A DNA stretch of 63,089 nucleotides, counting the filler, from Polymyxa betae A26-41 (taxonomy: Eukaryota > Protista > Endomyxa: Phytomyxea), in the NCBI GenBank assembly GCA_003693705.1. It is 5 parts of 5 records of this genome, joined end to end, with 100 filler letters (N's around TTAATTAATTAA, not from the genome) between each part and the next. Parts side by side here need not be neighbours in the genome. Positions count along the whole stretch, not along the records: positions 56,492 to 63,089 come from RBZT01000945.1; 4 more parts are not named here. The stretch is one strand, 5' to 3'. Both the position numbers and the translations under genes were made by a program. Shown piece by piece: positions 60,568 through 63,089 of the stretch (its first letter is position 1; every line of letters starts with the position of its first letter). A model generated the notes under the pieces. That model was not told the origin of the DNA. It did not search any database and was given only the letters and a program-made list of their open reading frames with translations.

Positions 60568-61245
60568 TCAAATGGAAACACGAAAATCGAAGTACAAAAA
60601 TATTTGACGAATAAAACGACCTTTTGATTGTCTCCTTGATACAGCAGTGCGTCGTTTCTTCCCAGTTCGCCCATGAACGCTGCTTCCAGGACGATAATTA
60701 CCATCGTCGGCATTATCATCGCTTTCGCTGCTGCCGATCAGAAACAGACAGTCGCTGCTGACGTCATCGCGCAGCGACTCGGCCACGGCTCGATCGAAAT
60801 CTTCAATGGCGACCCCCTTCCCCGGCAACGCTTTCCGTCGTTCGTCCGGCCGTTCCCACGGCCGCCGCAGCTTCGACAGCTTCTTCTCTAAAGAAAAATT
60901 CGTATAAACACGCCCTTCGCCGAATCGCGATCGCATCTCGGCGCCGATCGTCTCGAAATCGCGTCCGAATCGGCCGTAAAGTTGCAAAAGGCACGAACAC
61001 TCGTCGTTCGTCCATTTGCGGCCAGTACGGATCGCAGGGGAGGCCGGCGTGGGTGGTACCAGCCCCCCGACCCATTGTTCGGCCACGTCGCGGTCCGTGT
61101 AGGGACGCCGAGCGAAGCGCTGGCCCATGGCGGTGGCGATATCGGCCCAGGCGGCGCCGCGCAGCGAGACGAGCTCGTGCAGGTAGGCGAGCTCGTCGCG
61201 GTCCCAGGGGGCCGCGAGCGTCACGGTCTCGACGGGAATCGTCAT
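60568..61245 (-). CDS. Myb/SANT-like protein with two repeats
   Basis: WDRDELAYLHELVSLRGAAWADIATAMGQRF and WTNDECSCLLQLYGRFGRDFETIGAEMRSRF, followed by an acidic patch and KKRR. Confidence 0.75.
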   Translation of the reverse strand: MTIPVETVTLAAPWDRDELAYLHELVSLRGAAWADIATAMGQRFARRPYTDRDVAEQWVGGLVPPTPASPAIRTGRKWTNDECSCLLQLYGRFGRDFETIGAEMRSRFGEGRVYTNFSLEKKLSKLRRPWERPDERRKALPGKGVAIEDFDRAVAESLRDDVSSDCLFLIGSSESDDNADDGNYRPGSSVHGRTGKKRRTAVSRRQSKGRFIRQIFLYFDFRVSI

Positions 61246-62091
61246 TGAGGGGAGTAGTTGAGAGAGATGCGAAATCGCGCAATCTCTTATTAAGCGATGG
61301 GGTCATGGGGTCACCCCAGCCGCCTCTCTATGGCTCCATAACCGATCTTGACCAACATTTAACATCTTTTCCTTTTGTTTTTTGAGCGATTCGATGATGT
61401 GCACATTTACAGAAAAAAAATATTTTTTATTTGTTGCTTTATTCAATTCTGACAGACGGTGGCTGATGGTTTTGTAACAAATTGTGTAATAGCCGATTAA
61501 GCACAATACTATCTATTGAAACAATATTTTCAAATATTTTATATTTTTTTGTAAATGTGCTCGTGAAGCAGCATTGCTGAAACAGAAATCGGCCGTGGTC
61601 ACGACCATGCGCTGTTCTGTTTCTCCATTCTCTTCTCCGCGGTCAGATTTTGATATTTGTGATAATGAAAACACATTAATGGAATACTCTCATGAAGATA
61701 ACTCAATTTCTGTGTACAAGAATTCCATGGTGAAATTGATGAACAACTGGAAATTTGAATGCTTTTTTGTTAACATGAATCAGCTGATCCAATCATGATA
61801 AAATCATCATTCCCTGTTAGGATAATCGCTTGCAATTTTCACAATAGAAGGCACTGTTTTCGGACTTTTGAATTCAGGTAGCAGCTCCCGCACACTCAAT
61901 CTATGAATCCTTCACCTAAAACAGTTAGACCCAAAATTCTGCCAATAACCACACGGTTACTAGAAGGATGTTTCAGAGTTGGAAACGACGCCCAACTGGC
62001 ACAAATTCACAAGCGCGGCCACCCTCGTATCAGCATTGAATGGTCAGTAAACCCTAACCCTAACTTCCTAACCAACCGGACTAATCGGTCA

Positions 62092-62769
62092 TTAATCGAA
62101 AGGAGACCTCGTCAACCAGATAGAGCTGAGGCGGAAAAGTTCCGAGAGGCCGTTCCGGATCTTGATTATTGATGCAACGAATCTCTGCACCGGAGGTAAC
62201 ATTACAAACGAAAAAACCAGTCCCATCAATCGAATTAAAATAACAGCGCAGTATTCTACATTCCACTTTATGCGTTGAAGACTGTTTATTAACGAGATCG
62301 ATACAGAGCGTCGAGCTCGTCGCCTGTCAGTTTCGCGGACGGAACTTGCTCCATCCAGAAAGCCGAAACACGATCCACGGACTGTTTCAGTACAGTCTCC
62401 CTCTGCGATCCTCTCCAGCCAACTCCGTAATTGGTCCTGGGACAGAATCGCGTTCAGCAAGTGGGCGGCGGAAACGTAACAATACATTTCATGAGTCCGG
62501 AAGATATACACGAATTCGTCCATTTTGCGTTCGGAGTCCGAAAGTCCGGCGCTGTCTTGCATCGCCGTGAAGGCCGCGTGAATCGCCGGCCAATCATCCG
62601 TAGCAATAATGTTACCGGCAATGTACGTGGCATGGAACAGATCGTGAAACATAAACTCCGACGTGAGCATCGGATACCCGTGCGGACTTGCGAACTCTGT
62701 ATGGGACAGAAGCCCGAGATAGTGGCCTCGGAGTCCGTAACTCCGCGCCATCGTCCCGTGCAGTATCAA
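62092..62769 (-). CDS. Orphan protein with an HG...FHDLFH putative metal-binding motif
   Basis: 225-aa ORF; SPHGYPMLTSEFMFHDLFHA. Confidence 0.5.
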   Translation of the reverse strand: MILHGTMARSYGLRGHYLGLLSHTEFASPHGYPMLTSEFMFHDLFHATYIAGNIIATDDWPAIHAAFTAMQDSAGLSDSERKMDEFVYIFRTHEMYCYVSAAHLLNAILSQDQLRSWLERIAEGDCTETVRGSCFGFLDGASSVRETDRRRARRSVSISLINSLQRIKWNVEYCAVILIRLMGLVFSFVMLPPVQRFVASIIKIRNGLSELFRLSSIWLTRSPFD

Positions 62770-63089
62770 TTTAATTGTTAAAAAGAGCGATTTCGTAAGC
62801 CCTGATTATTATATTAAAAAAATATTTTTACCAAAAATGGCACTTTGTTAAATCCGATGAAAACAGAGGAGTTCTTATACTTTATAGACAATAATAAACT
62901 GATTCGTGATCAAGCGAATGGGCGGAACTTGGAGGTGGAATCGAGGGTCATTGCCTCTGGAGTGGTGTGGTGAGTAGCTGGTAAACAGAACACGAGCGTA
63001 GAACACAAAGCAGAACAAAGGGCGAAGTGATCGCTAGTTTATATATCGGTACAGTTAAGGAGGATCGGTTGACAGATATCTCTAACTCC

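Noticed and set aside
59841-60719. 292-aa minus-strand ORF
   Set aside because: Crosses an A-rich low-complexity tract that yields Phe runs and overlaps other frames; probably spurious
62900-63089. LTR-like sequence with a TATA box at the window end
   Set aside because: Truncated; no second copy, PBS or PPT visible

Overview
This is eukaryotic, repeat-rich DNA made of five contigs joined by artificial 100-nt N/TTAATTAATTAA linkers (14687-14786, 28316-28415, 44519-44618, 56392-56491). Adjacency across these linkers is not biological. Contigs 1-2 hold nested transposons: several decayed Ty1/Copia elements, hAT elements (two with intact TIRs and 8-bp TSDs), a MULE transposase remnant, and a CACTA/EnSpm-like transposase split by a structurally complete 5-kb Ngaro-type tyrosine-recombinase retrotransposon. 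A hairpin-rich repeat of about 280 bp opens three of the five contigs. Contig 3 carries a ~2.2-kb head-to-head inverted duplication encoding three tandem copies of a Cys/His-rich domain I do not recognise. The arms flank a GC-rich multi-exon RING-H2 gene and a degenerate telomere-like tract. Contig 4 starts with an AT-rich island resembling a Polinton-like-virus/virophage major capsid C-terminus plus a K/E-rich gene. It continues with an internally deleted fungal-type fatty acid synthase fragment, a CFAP46-like relic and a MULE deletion derivative with a 9-bp TSD. Contig 5 has GC-rich orphan ORFs, including a two-repeat Myb/SANT protein. The host is probably a zoosporic protist or fungus-like eukaryote (inference only). 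All protein calls come from recognising motifs by eye; no database searches were run.
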